Source: an uncultured Gemmatimonadales bacterium
Lineage (GTDB): Bacteria; Gemmatimonadota; Gemmatimonadetes; Gemmatimonadales; Gemmatimonadaceae
DNA: 64,000 nucleotides
Reading direction: 5' to 3'
Assembly (NCBI GenBank): GCA_963793305.1
Contig: CAWBZV010000005.1
Location: forward strand, 1,344,001-1,408,000
The translations under genes and the position numbers were made by a program. The notes under the pieces were generated by a model. It worked only from the letters and a program-made list of their open reading frames with translations. It was not told the origin of the DNA and searched no databases. Shown piece after piece: positions 9,905 to 19,673 of the stretch. Every line of letters begins with the position of its first letter. The first letter of the stretch is position 1.

Positions 9905-11437
9905 ATGCAGGATAAGCTCCGACTCCTCCAGGAACGTCGGGCGGAGTCGGAGCTCGGCGGTGGTGCCGCGCGCCTACAAGCACAGCACGACAAAGGCAAG
10001 CTGACGGCGCGTGAGCGCATCGACGCGCTCCTCGACCAGGGGAGCTTCGTCGAGCTCGATCGCTTTGTCGTCCACCGCTCCTACGATTTCGGCCTCGACG
10101 AGCAGCACATCTATGGCGACGGTGTCGTCACCGGCCATGGCCGGATCGACGGGCGTATCGTCTACGTGTTCTCCCAAGACTTCACGGTCTTGGGCGGCTC
10201 GCTGTCCGAGGCCTTCGCCGAGAAGATCTGCAAGGTCATGGACCTGGCGATGCGCAACGGGTCTCCCGTCATCGGCCTCAACGACTCGGGGGGCGCCCGC
10301 ATCCAAGAAGGCGTGGTCTCCCTGGGTGGCTACGCCGACATTTTCCTGCGCAACACGCTCGCGTCGGGCGTCATCCCTCAGATCTCGGCTGTCCTGGGTC
10401 CGTGCGCCGGGGGAGCCGTGTATTCGCCGGCGATCACCGATTTCACGTTCATGGTGCGCGGCACCTCGTACATGTTCGTGACGGGTCCGAACGTCGTCAA
10501 AACCGTCACGCACGAAGACGTCACGATGGAAGCGCTGGGCGGCGCCGACACCCACGGCGGCACGTCAGGCGTGTCCCACTTCACGTATGAGAACGAAGTG
10601 GCGTGCCTGGCCGGGGTCCGCAAGCTGATCTCGTTTCTCCCGCTCAACAACGTCGATGACCCTCCGCGCGGGAAGGGCACCGACCCCCGGGATCGCCGCG
10701 AAGTGAAATTGTTGACCGTCGTCCCGGACCACGACGCCAAGCCGTATGACATGCATGATGTCCTACGGCTGATCGTAGACGATGGTGAATTTTTCGAAGT
10801 TCAGGCGGACTATGGCGGAAATATCCTGGTCGGCTTCGCGCACCTGGGTGGATTCTCCATCGGGATCGTGGCGAACCAGCCAGCCGTCCTGGCGGGTGTG
10901 CTGGATATCAACGCGTCGTTGAAAGCCGCACGATTTGTGAGGTTCTGCGACGCCTTCAACATCCCGATCGTGACGTTCGTCGACGTCCCCGGCTTCCTGC
11001 CCGGTGTCGCTCAGGAGCACAACGGGATCATCAAGCACGGCGCGAAGCTCCTCTACGCGTACTGCGAAGCCACCGTGCCCAAGCTCACGGTGATCACGCG
11101 GAAGGCCTACGGCGGAGCGTACGACGTCATGTCGTCGAAGCACATCCGTGGGGACTTCAACGTCGCCTGGCCGACGGCCGAGATCGCGGTGATGGGCCCG
11201 AAAGGCGCGGTAGAAATCCTGTTCCGTCGCGAGATCGCCAACGGCTCCTCGGCCGACGAGAAGATCCGCGAATACCGCGAGAAATTCGCGCACCCATACG
11301 TGGCCGCCGGCCGCGGCTACGTCGACGACATTATCGACCCGCGCGAGACGCGCCCTCGTTTGATCGAGGCCTTAGACACGCTTCAGACGAAGCGTGATAA
11401 GAACCCGCCTAAGAAGCACGGTAACATACCGTTATAG
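9905..11437 (+). CDS. pccB: Acyl-CoA (propionyl-CoA-like) carboxylase carboxyltransferase beta subunit
   Basis: [47 protein letters not shown]. Confidence 0.88.
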   Translation: MQDKLRLLQERRAESELGGGAARLQAQHDKGKLTARERIDALLDQGSFVELDRFVVHRSYDFGLDEQHIYGDGVVTGHGRIDGRIVYVFSQDFTVLGGSLSEAFAEKICKVMDLAMRNGSPVIGLNDSGGARIQEGVVSLGGYADIFLRNTLASGVIPQISAVLGPCAGGAVYSPAITDFTFMVRGTSYMFVTGPNVVKTVTHEDVTMEALGGADTHGGTSGVSHFTYENEVACLAGVRKLISFLPLNNVDDPPRGKGTDPRDRREVKLLTVVPDHDAKPYDMHDVLRLIVDDGEFFEVQADYGGNILVGFAHLGGFSIGIVANQPAVLAGVLDINASLKAARFVRFCDAFNIPIVTFVDVPGFLPGVAQEHNGIIKHGAKLLYAYCEATVPKLTVITRKAYGGAYDVMSSKHIRGDFNVAWPTAEIAVMGPKGAVEILFRREIANGSSADEKIREYREKFAHPYVAAGRGYVDDIIDPRETRPRLIEALDTLQTKRDKNPPKKHGNIPL

Positions 11438-11441
11438 CGCG

Positions 11442-12968
11442 ATGTTCAAGAAGATTCTCATCGCCAATCGCGGCGAAATCGCCCTCCGTGTGATTCGCGC
11501 TTGCCGCGAGATGGGAATCCGCTCCGTCGCCATCTTTAGCGATGCCGACCGCGGCGCTCTGCACGCGCGCGAAGCCGACGAAGCGGTCCCACTCGGCGCC
11601 GGCCCGTCGCGCGAGACTTATCTCGTCATCGACAAGATTCTCGCCGCCGCTCGGCTCACTGGCGCCGAGGCGGTTCATCCCGGCTACGGATTTCTGTCCG
11701 AGCGTGCGGAGTTCTCGCGGGCGGTACGTGACGCCGGGTTGGTGTTCATCGGGCCGCCACCGGAGGCCATTGAGGCGATGGGTTCGAAGACGGCCGCCCG
11801 CCGCTTGGCCCAATCTGCCGGTGTTCCCGTCGTCCCCGGCACGACCTCGCCATTGCGCGACGCCACCGAGGCCGCCGCAGTGGCCGCCCAATTTGGCTAC
11901 CCGGTCTTATTGAAAGCCGCAGCTGGTGGCGGTGGCAAAGGCATGCGAGTCGTGTCGTCGCCGTCAGAAATCGCTCACAGCTTGGACGCCGCGAGACGCG
12001 AGGCGTTGAACGCCTTCGGCGACGATGCCGTCTATGTCGAGAAGTACATCACGGGCCCACGCCACGTCGAAATCCAGGTCCTGGCCGACTCGCACGGCAC
12101 CGTGATCCCTATCGGTGAACGCGAATGCTCCGTGCAACGCCGCCACCAAAAGGTGATCGAGGAGTCCCCGAGCATCGCCGTCACGGATGATCTCCGACGT
12201 CTGATGGGCGAGACAGCGGCCCGCGCCGCCAAGGCGGCGGGCTACGTGAACGCGGGCACCTGCGAGTTCCTCCTCGACAGCGACGGCAAGTTCTATTTCC
12301 TGGAGATGAACACGCGCATTCAGGTCGAGCACCCGGTGACGGAGCTCGTCTACGGCCTGGACCTGGTGCAGTGGCAAATTCGCATCGCGCAGGGCGAGCG
12401 CATTCCCGAGTCGCTGACTCACGGTCTCGCCCCGAGGGGTTGGGCGATCGAGTGCCGGATCACGGCCGAAGACCCGATGGAAGGGTTCTTGCCTTCGACC
12501 GGCAGAATAACGGCGCTGCACGTGCCAACCGGCCCTGGCGTACGCTGGGACGGCGGGATCGAGATCGGCAGCGAGGTGGGTCTCCTGTACGACCCACTGC
12601 TGGCGAAACTGATCGTCTGGGCCCCCACGCGTTTGGCGGCGATCGACCGCATGCGTCGCGCGCTCGACGAGCTGACGATCGAGGGCGTCGAGACCGCCCG
12701 CGACTTCCACATGCGCGTGATGGACGACGCCGAGTTTCGCGCTGGGGCGATCGACATCCACTGGTTGGAGCGACGCCTGCCGTCCCTTACGACCGCGGCG
12801 AAACCCCCTCAGGATCTGACCGATCTCGCCGCCGTCGCCGGCGCGCTCCTGGCGCACGGCCGTCATGCTCCGCGGCGCTCGTCGAATGGAGTCGCGGTCA
12901 TCCAGCAGCCAACACAACGCGTCCCGTCCCAGTGGCTCGCCTTGGCGCGCCGCGAAGCGCTGAAGTGA
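11442..12968 (+). CDS. accC: Biotin carboxylase subunit
   Basis: KILIANRGEIA, HPGYGFLSE, GGGGKGMR, ECSVQRRHQK, EMNTRIQVEH. Confidence 0.92.
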   Translation: MFKKILIANRGEIALRVIRACREMGIRSVAIFSDADRGALHAREADEAVPLGAGPSRETYLVIDKILAAARLTGAEAVHPGYGFLSERAEFSRAVRDAGLVFIGPPPEAIEAMGSKTAARRLAQSAGVPVVPGTTSPLRDATEAAAVAAQFGYPVLLKAAAGGGGKGMRVVSSPSEIAHSLDAARREALNAFGDDAVYVEKYITGPRHVEIQVLADSHGTVIPIGERECSVQRRHQKVIEESPSIAVTDDLRRLMGETAARAAKAAGYVNAGTCEFLLDSDGKFYFLEMNTRIQVEHPVTELVYGLDLVQWQIRIAQGERIPESLTHGLAPRGWAIECRITAEDPMEGFLPSTGRITALHVPTGPGVRWDGGIEIGSEVGLLYDPLLAKLIVWAPTRLAAIDRMRRALDELTIEGVETARDFHMRVMDDAEFRAGAIDIHWLERRLPSLTTAAKPPQDLTDLAAVAGALLAHGRHAPRRSSNGVAVIQQPTQRVPSQWLALARREALK

Positions 12969-14170
12969 TGCCGGAAGCCGAGATCGACATCGACTCGATC
13001 GCCGCTGGGGGCGATGGGGTCGGTCGCATGGATGGCCTCGTCGCGTTCGTCCCGCGCACGGCCCCGGGCGACCGCGCCCGCATTCGCTACGCCTCCGGCC
13101 GCCGCTTCGCGAGAGGCGAAGTCCTACGGCTCCTGCGCGAATCGCCCACGCGGACGGCACCCTCGTGCCCGCACTACCTCGCCGACCGCTGTGGCGGCTG
13201 CCAGATCCAGCATTTGTCCTACGCGTCGCAGCTCGGCGCCAAGTCACATATCATCCGGGACGCCTTCGCCCGTATCGGCCACCGGGATATTGCATTACCC
13301 GAAGTGCTCCCGAGTCCCGCCGAGTGGCGCTATCGCTCGAAGCTGACGCTCGCCATGCGGCGCCGCGGCGGCAGTTGGATCGCGGGACTGCATCCGTACG
13401 ACGATCCGTCGGCGGTCTTTCCGCTGACCGACTGCCCGATCACCGCCGAGTCGGTCATGGCGGTGTGGCGCAGAATAATGGCCTTCTCATCGCTCTTGCC
13501 TCGCGCCGACGAGCTCCGGGGATCGGTCCGTGACGATGCCTTCACGTTGGAAGGTGGTTCCAAATGGGACCATGCGGCCGAGTTCTTCGCCTCGGTCCCC
13601 GAGCTATCAGAGGTCTGGTGGGCGCCAGACGACGCTCCTTTGCGTCTGCTGCATGCGCGCACGCCCGACGCGCTCGGTCCGTCGTTCGCCCAGGTCAACG
13701 CTGGGTTGGCGTCGACACTGCACGCCTACGTAGTCGACCGCGCTTGGGTATATGAGCCGTCTCGTGTGATCGACGCCTACTCCGGTCGCGGTGCGACGGC
13801 TCTTGCGCTCGCCACGCGCGGCGCCCAGGTGACGGCGATCGAATCCGACCGAGCGGCCGCTGATTGGGTGTCGGACCGACTCCCAGCGGGGTCACGCTCG
13901 ATCGCCGGCCGAGTCGAAGACACGCTCTCGGATGCGTTGCCGGCTGATCTGGTGATCCTCAACCCGCCTCGCGCTGGCGTTGATGCGACGGTCACCGAGA
14001 TCTTGGCCCAGCCCGAAGGGCCGAGGACGATCGTCTACGTGAGCTGCGACCCAGCGACGTTAGCCCGCGATGTCTCCCGACTCGCCGCCTATCAGGTTGC
14101 GGCAGTACGAGCCTTCGACATGTTCCCTCAGACGGCCCACGTCGAAACCGTGTGCGAGCTCACCAGATGA
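12968..14170 (+). CDS. TRAM-domain RNA m5U methyltransferase (RlmD/TrmA family)
   Basis: CPHY..CGGCQ Fe-S motif, FAQVN, DAYSGRG, LNPPRAG, YVSCDPATLARD, DMFPQTAHVE. Confidence 0.9.
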   Translation: MPEAEIDIDSIAAGGDGVGRMDGLVAFVPRTAPGDRARIRYASGRRFARGEVLRLLRESPTRTAPSCPHYLADRCGGCQIQHLSYASQLGAKSHIIRDAFARIGHRDIALPEVLPSPAEWRYRSKLTLAMRRRGGSWIAGLHPYDDPSAVFPLTDCPITAESVMAVWRRIMAFSSLLPRADELRGSVRDDAFTLEGGSKWDHAAEFFASVPELSEVWWAPDDAPLRLLHARTPDALGPSFAQVNAGLASTLHAYVVDRAWVYEPSRVIDAYSGRGATALALATRGAQVTAIESDRAAADWVSDRLPAGSRSIAGRVEDTLSDALPADLVILNPPRAGVDATVTEILAQPEGPRTIVYVSCDPATLARDVSRLAAYQVAAVRAFDMFPQTAHVETVCELTR

Positions 14171-14664
14171 AGTACAGCGTCGATGTCAACGGCACGCGCC
14201 ACTCCATCGAGGTCACCCCCGACGGCGTCGCCCACAACGCCACCGGCACCCCAATCACCCTCGAGCCAATCCCAGGCTCCCCTCTCTGGCTCCTCCGCGT
14301 CGGCGACGCCGTCCACCGCGTCACCGTCCGCCCCGGCACTGGCCCAGGCGTCTACACACTCTCGTTGGACGGCTACCGTTTTTCGATCGACGCCGTCGAC
14401 GAGCGCGGCCGCTCGATCCGCGAGATGGCCCGCGCCGCCACTCCCTCCGGCCCCTCGCCTCTCAAGGCCCCGATGCCGGGCCTCATCGTGCGCGTCTTGG
14501 TTGCACCCGGCGACACCGTCACCGAGGGCCAAGGTCTTGTGGTGATGGAGGCGATGAAGATGGAAAACGAGCTGCGGAGCCCGAGCGCCGGGACGGTTCG
14601 CTCTGTTGCAGCCACGCCGGGAACGGCGGTGGAGAAAGGCGCGGTCCTAGTCGAGTTGTCCTGA
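14167..14664 (+). CDS. Biotin carboxyl carrier protein subunit with N-terminal beta domain
   Basis: APMPG and EAMKMENE biotinylation motif. Confidence 0.93.
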   Translation: MKYSVDVNGTRHSIEVTPDGVAHNATGTPITLEPIPGSPLWLLRVGDAVHRVTVRPGTGPGVYTLSLDGYRFSIDAVDERGRSIREMARAATPSGPSPLKAPMPGLIVRVLVAPGDTVTEGQGLVVMEAMKMENELRSPSAGTVRSVAATPGTAVEKGAVLVELS

Positions 14665-14681
14665 TCCGCTCAGCTTTTGCT

Positions 14682-15038
14682 CTACTGAGCCGACGCGTTT
14701 AGGATTTTCTGCGCGTAACGGACTCGTCCGACGATCGAATCTTGCTCCAATCCTACGCGTACGCGACGCCGCTCATCTTCACGAAGACTCAACATCGCAA
14801 TTTTCACGTATCGCTCCGTCAGTTTTTCGTACGTCGCTGACCGATCGGCTTTGGTAGCGGCCCTTGACAGTGTTTCGCGAAGAGACTCGAGCGTAGTTGC
14901 GTCGAGCTCGTGTCGAATAGCGTCAACGAGTGCGCGCTCGGCTCGCAATTGCCGCCTGATGGCCACTACCTGCGCAACCGTCGCAGCTATCCCCACTGCC
15001 ACGACTGCCAACATTTCGGATACGAACGCAATATCCAT
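14682..15038 (-). CDS. Hypothetical protein, N-terminal TM helix plus charged helical domain
   Basis: 118-aa ORF 5 bp downstream of the co-oriented membrane gene; lower-GC segment. Confidence 0.65.
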   Translation of the reverse strand: MDIAFVSEMLAVVAVGIAATVAQVVAIRRQLRAERALVDAIRHELDATTLESLRETLSRAATKADRSATYEKLTERYVKIAMLSLREDERRRVRVGLEQDSIVGRVRYAQKILNASAQ

Positions 15039-15043
15039 AGCGC

Positions 15044-15451
15044 TCAGGACTCCATAAACGGGATGAAAGAGACCACGTGGCGATTATAGCGTTCCACGAG
15101 ATGCGGCACGATGACCACCACGAGGGCAATGACAATGAGCATCTTTTCGGAAACCGGCATCGCGGCATTCGGCTCGGCATGCCGACCGCAAGCCGCTGTA
15201 AGGAGCATCGCTATCACGATCGAGCTGGCGAGAATAAGCTTGCTCCTGGATGACGTGCCGATAGCCAAAATGTAGATGGCTGCCGTGAGTAGAAACTCTT
15301 GCTCGGTTATCCGCTGATCCATGAACCACAGGGCAACTAGCGGTAACAATGGAAGCAGGAAATGAAACAGGATGCATACGAGGAACTGTTGCCAATAGTC
15401 CGGCAATCCACGGACTGGGCGGGGTGCTTTGGTACCGGACTCTCCCATCAT
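15044..15451 (-). CDS. Hypothetical ~4-TM membrane protein
   Basis: Four hydrophobic segments ending HLVERYNRHV; ATG at 15451 preferred (the frame is open to TTG 15610). Confidence 0.7.
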   Translation of the reverse strand: MMGESGTKAPRPVRGLPDYWQQFLVCILFHFLLPLLPLVALWFMDQRITEQEFLLTAAIYILAIGTSSRSKLILASSIVIAMLLTAACGRHAEPNAAMPVSEKMLIVIALVVVIVPHLVERYNRHVVSFIPFMES

Positions 15452-15610
15452 GTTCTCGGCCACCGTTTGCGTGCTCTCTTCTGTAGGTCGTTGCGATTCG
15501 CACTCCGGCGCGTATACGAGGTCGTATATGGTGAGTGTAAGACTATTGTCTGTTGTGATGCCGGTGCAAATTCGCCGTCGTCTATTGCCCCGTGCAGCGG
15601 ACGCGGACAA

Positions 15611-15646
15611 CTCGGAGTATGCGCGTCTGCGTCAGCCGAGCGTCAG
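15611..15646 (-). promoter_or_regulatory. Putative promoter/operator with TGACGC direct repeats, copy 1
   Basis: Minus strand CTGACGCTCGGCTGACGCAG-ACGCG-CATACT-CCGAG; near-identical copy at 60673-60709. Confidence 0.55.
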
Positions 15647-15679
15647 CGCGGTCTTTCTACCTGACAGCCGCCAATTCGC

Positions 15680-16258
15680 TCAGGTCTCGTAGCGGCGGGG
15701 CGCCTGCGGGGCTGCCGGTTGGGGCGCGCCTGTAGCTGAACTGAGCAACGCACTTGCCTCGGCAGAGCGATTCACGAGCTTTTTCTGATTCGCCAGCATG
15801 AACTCGAGCGCGTATTCATTCGACGCGAGCTCGAAAGCGAATACCGTTCCGTGCCATGCCAGAAGTGCGGCTGCCGATCCGGGAGAGGCGCACGTGGGTG
15901 CACACATCGCCTGCGCCCGCTCGCGAGTCTTGTGCGCGACCATCCGAGAGACAACGAACCCAGCAACGATGAGAATGAATCCCACCACAGCCCTCGTGGA
16001 CGCGCCGGCAATGCAGGCGACGATCACGCAGGGGACCAAAGCCACGAGCGCGAGGCCATTGGCAGAGTTGAAGACCTCCGCGTGTGCGACGCACTGCTGA
16101 CAGCATGGGACATCGAACGCACGAGTCTTGGTGTGCGTGACGCGCTTACCGGTCGTTCTGCTGAACGAGACCGATAGTGCCGTCCCGCCGGGTGGCCCCG
16201 CACAGCACGCACACAAGTCCGGAAACACGAATTGCTGGCCAGAGAGCTCGACTCGCAT
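15680..16258 (-). CDS. Hypothetical membrane protein with Cys clusters (possible Zn finger) flanking two TM helices
   Basis: CACC, CCQQC, CAPTC; GGGGGA RBS upstream. Confidence 0.7.
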   Translation of the reverse strand: MRVELSGQQFVFPDLCACCAGPPGGTALSVSFSRTTGKRVTHTKTRAFDVPCCQQCVAHAEVFNSANGLALVALVPCVIVACIAGASTRAVVGFILIVAGFVVSRMVAHKTRERAQAMCAPTCASPGSAAALLAWHGTVFAFELASNEYALEFMLANQKKLVNRSAEASALLSSATGAPQPAAPQAPRRYET

Positions 16259-16282
16259 GAGCGTTCCCCCGGCCAGCGCCGG

Positions 16283-16696
16283 TCACAGCCCGCAGTGCAG
16301 TTGCACTGCCTGCGTCTGAATAACCTTGGCGGTCATCAGCGAAAAGGCGTTCGACACGACGAGCATGTACTTGCCACTGCCCGTCATCTTCACTTGGAGC
16401 GGAATGACCGTCTCGCGGCCAGTGGAAAAGAAGACCTGAGCTTGATGATCGTTCTGCCAATTGGTGAACTGATCATTCGTCATAACCAGGACCGCGACGT
16501 CCTTCTCGCCACCCGCGAGCACCGTGATTTTGCCGGTGAGCAGACATCCGGCCTTGCTGTTCGGCACGTCGAAGGTCCACGAGTAGTAGGTGTGGGCCTT
16601 GATCTCCTGGGTGCCATCGGCGATGTGGACGGTCACTGGGCCTGGACCGATGCCGGCCATCGTCATGAGAACCGCAATTGAACGCAGGGAAATCAT
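16283..16696 (-). CDS. Secreted beta-sandwich protein, GOLD/p24-like
   Basis: N-terminal hydrophobic leader; GG..DV.V.V and G.Y.LVVSN.FS..T.K.I pattern; GGAGAG RBS. Confidence 0.6.
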   Translation of the reverse strand: MISLRSIAVLMTMAGIGPGPVTVHIADGTQEIKAHTYYSWTFDVPNSKAGCLLTGKITVLAGGEKDVAVLVMTNDQFTNWQNDHQAQVFFSTGRETVIPLQVKMTGSGKYMLVVSNAFSLMTAKVIQTQAVQLHCGL

Positions 16697-16759
16697 AACG
16701 CTCTCCGCTGTGGTTGAATCCATTTGTTCCACAGCAAAGACGAGCGAGCGCGGACCGCG

Positions 16760-17248
16760 TCAACATCTGTGTACTGTCTTCTCCATCCACACGTCCCACG
16801 TCACAGGCCCGGCCTCGTCGTCACTCACCGGATGACCCGCGATCTTGAGCGCGAGCTTGATCTGCCCGTGATGATAGCCCTCGTGCCAGATCATGTGCTG
16901 CAGGAAAAGAACCGGATGGTCGTAATGCAGTTTCATTTCGCGGGCGGTCTCCAGCCTGTCCTTGACCGCACCCCGGACCACCCACGCACTCTCGTTCAGC
17001 ATCTGCGCCATGCGCTCACGATCGCGCTCGGCGCTCCACTCTTCTTTGGGCACCGCGACGGCGAAATCCGGCGCATCTTCCTCGACAAACACCAGTCGCA
17101 CGTAGTGCACATGGGCGAACATCTCGGCGACGGACGGACTCTCGGGCGTCGCGCGGGCGTCTAAGCCACCATCGGGAATGATCCGGAGCAGGTTGACCAG
17201 GATCGCATTGTTGCGATCCCACGAGTCGAGGAGGTCGTCGAGCAGCAT
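16760..17248 (-). CDS. DinB/YfiT family protein
   Basis: SVAEMFAHVH and HMIWHEGYHHGQI His-triad motif. Confidence 0.88.
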   Translation of the reverse strand: MLLDDLLDSWDRNNAILVNLLRIIPDGGLDARATPESPSVAEMFAHVHYVRLVFVEEDAPDFAVAVPKEEWSAERDRERMAQMLNESAWVVRGAVKDRLETAREMKLHYDHPVLFLQHMIWHEGYHHGQIKLALKIAGHPVSDDEAGPVTWDVWMEKTVHRC

Positions 17249-17283
17249 CCCGAAACCTGCATTTCACGTGGCCCACACGACAA

Positions 17284-17348
17284 TCCGTTGAACAAACCCG
17301 ACAGGTCGTTGGATTTTGGTCGTCGGTCCCGGGCGCAAACGCTACCCT
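17284..17348 (+). promoter_or_regulatory. LytTR-type direct-repeat box plus -10 element for the TonB receptor operon
   Basis: TCCGTTGAA-N12-GTCGTTGGA (17284-17313); TACCCT at 17343-17348, 6 nt before the ATG. Confidence 0.6.
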
Positions 17349-17354
17349 GGTCGA

Positions 17355-19673
17355 ATGCTAGGAATCTTCGCATTAGCGGCCGTCCTCGGTGGCAACGTCG
17401 TGGGAACGGTAACGGACAGCGCCAGCGGCGCGCCGTTGCCGAGCGTCGAGGTGACGGTGCAGCAGGGCACCGCGATCGTCGCCAATACATCGACCGACCC
17501 CTTCGGTCGATACATCATCCACAACATCGCCGCCGGCTCGTACACCGTTGCCGCGCACTTCATTGGGTTCCTGCCGCAGTCCCGGCCGCTGACGATCGCC
17601 AGCGGGACCGTGCATGCGGACTTCAAGCTGATCTCGGCGCCACCACAGCTCGAGGCCGTCCAGGTCTCGTCGCGGGCACCCGTCGCGGTCGATACGCGAT
17701 CGGGTGACCAAACGTACACGCAAGACGAATCCCACTCCGCGCCCACGACCACAACGTCCGGCATCCTGCAACAGTCGATCGCGGGCGCCGCTCGCGCGCC
17801 CACCGGCGAAGTGCACATTCGCGGACAACACGCCGAGTACCAGTACTACATCGACGGCGTCCCAGTGCCGTCCGGTGTGTCGGGCTCCCTGAACGAGCTC
17901 TTCGACCCGGCCGTCGTCCAAAGCATCGATTTTCAAACGGGCGCATGGGACGCCGAGTACGGCGGAAAAAACGTAGCCGTGATCAATATCCAAACGCGCG
18001 TGCCCGCCGGCGGATTCCACGGCGAAGAAGCCACCTACGGCGGCTCCTATGGGGCGCTCGGCCAGTCGCTCTCGATGAGCGGCAACGACGGCCCGATCGG
18101 CGCGTTCTTTTCCGGCACCGCGCAGGGGTCGAACATGCGACTCGAACCGGTGGAGGCGGCCGGCAATGACGCGCCGGTCAACTTTCACAACGCGGGACAG
18201 GATTATTTCGGCTTCGGGAAGCTGCAGTACGCGGGAGGGGCGCATGACATCCTCTCGCTGGATGGGAACTACTCGAAGACCCACTTCGACATCCCGTACG
18301 ACTCGGCCGGCGGCGCGTTCTTGAACGATCACCAGACGGACGTCAACGCCTTTCTCAACCTGTCCTATCGCCACAACTTCGGCGACTCATCCGCACAGCT
18401 CTTCGTCGGGCCATTCTATCGCCACGGGTCACTCGACTATGTGCCTGGCACGAACGACAACCCGACGTTCGTCGACGCCCAGGACCCGACCCGCACGCCC
18501 CGCACCGTCTCCGAGGATCGCTCGTTCAACACGGTCGGCCTCAAGACGGACCTCTCGGTCCCGATCATCTCGGACGTCATCGAAGGCAAAGTGGGGACGC
18601 TCTACTCACACACCTCCGGCAACGAGAACTTCGAGCTCACTGACCCCACCGGCCTCCACGGCCCGATCCAGTCGATATCGAACCTCGACGGGTACGATTG
18701 GGGGAGCTACGCGCAGGTGTCGATCAAGCCCTTCGAATGGATCGAGCTGCGCACGGGCGTCCGCTTCGACAGCCACGTCGCGCCGTTCGCCGGGAACCAG
18801 ACGCAATGGAGCCCGCGCGTACGGCTCAATTTCTTCCCCAGCCCGTCGAACACGATCTATCTCTACTTCGGCCGGCAGTTCATTCCGACGAACATCGAGG
18901 ACCTGCGGTCGATCACCAAGCAGGGAGATTCGAACGTCGTCACGACGCCCACGCTGCCAGAGCGCGATGCGTTCTACGAAGGCGGGTATGTCCATCGCTT
19001 CCCACTCGGCTTCGTGAACAAGACCGCGGTGTACCACAAAGTGAGCACGCCCGGTATCGACGATAACACCGTGCCCGGATCATCGATCACCACCGACGTG
19101 AATATCGCCGAGGTTCAGGTGGTCGGTCTGGAAGACGCGCTGGAGTGGCAACAACCGAAGGGGCCGTTCTCCGGCTACGTCAACTTCGCGATCAACCACG
19201 CATACGGTCGCGGCCCGGTCAGCGGCGGATTCTTTCCGATCTCGACCCCGACCTACACGTTCGACCTGGACCACGATCAGCGCGTGTCGGTGGTAGCCAA
19301 CCTCACGTACAGCGCCCACGCATTCTACGCGACGGCGAGCAGCATCTACGGCACCGGCCTGACGAACGGCTTGACGCCGGATGGCGGTGTCCCGAACGAC
19401 ACCGGCAGCGTGTCCAAAGGGACTTTTCAGCCGGGCTACAAGAACTACGGAACCTGCCTCTTCTGCTTCAATAGCGAGTTCAAAGTCCACCCGAGCTATA
19501 TCCAGAACTTGAGCCTCGGGTACACGCTCTTCGCGCAGCGGACCTACATCAGGCCCGAGGTGTTCTTCACGAACCTCTTCGACGCCCACTATATCCTTAA
19601 GGGCGCCTTCTTCAGCGGGGAATCCATCGGCCGACCGTTCACCGTTAATTTTCGGCTAACGCTCGGAGTGTAA
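17355..19673 (+). CDS. TonB-dependent outer-membrane receptor with N-terminal carboxypeptidase-regulatory-like domain
   Basis: GTVTDSASGAPL domain, plug (HIRGQH..YYIDGVP, DAEYGG), beta-barrel pattern, NLFD..Y, terminal amphipathic strand. Confidence 0.9.
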   Translation: MLGIFALAAVLGGNVVGTVTDSASGAPLPSVEVTVQQGTAIVANTSTDPFGRYIIHNIAAGSYTVAAHFIGFLPQSRPLTIASGTVHADFKLISAPPQLEAVQVSSRAPVAVDTRSGDQTYTQDESHSAPTTTTSGILQQSIAGAARAPTGEVHIRGQHAEYQYYIDGVPVPSGVSGSLNELFDPAVVQSIDFQTGAWDAEYGGKNVAVINIQTRVPAGGFHGEEATYGGSYGALGQSLSMSGNDGPIGAFFSGTAQGSNMRLEPVEAAGNDAPVNFHNAGQDYFGFGKLQYAGGAHDILSLDGNYSKTHFDIPYDSAGGAFLNDHQTDVNAFLNLSYRHNFGDSSAQLFVGPFYRHGSLDYVPGTNDNPTFVDAQDPTRTPRTVSEDRSFNTVGLKTDLSVPIISDVIEGKVGTLYSHTSGNENFELTDPTGLHGPIQSISNLDGYDWGSYAQVSIKPFEWIELRTGVRFDSHVAPFAGNQTQWSPRVRLNFFPSPSNTIYLYFGRQFIPTNIEDLRSITKQGDSNVVTTPTLPERDAFYEGGYVHRFPLGFVNKTAVYHKVSTPGIDDNTVPGSSITTDVNIAEVQVVGLEDALEWQQPKGPFSGYVNFAINHAYGRGPVSGGFFPISTPTYTFDLDHDQRVSVVANLTYSAHAFYATASSIYGTGLTNGLTPDGGVPNDTGSVSKGTFQPGYKNYGTCLFCFNSEFKVHPSYIQNLSLGYTLFAQRTYIRPEVFFTNLFDAHYILKGAFFSGESIGRPFTVNFRLTLGV

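Noticed and set aside
14170..14470. Strongly C-rich stretch in the BCCP gene
   Set aside because: Explained by C-ending codons for Pro/Thr/Val/Gly; no periodic repeat seen
16760..17248. DNA polymerase IV (dinB)
   Set aside because: This is the unrelated small DinB/YfiT four-helix His-triad family
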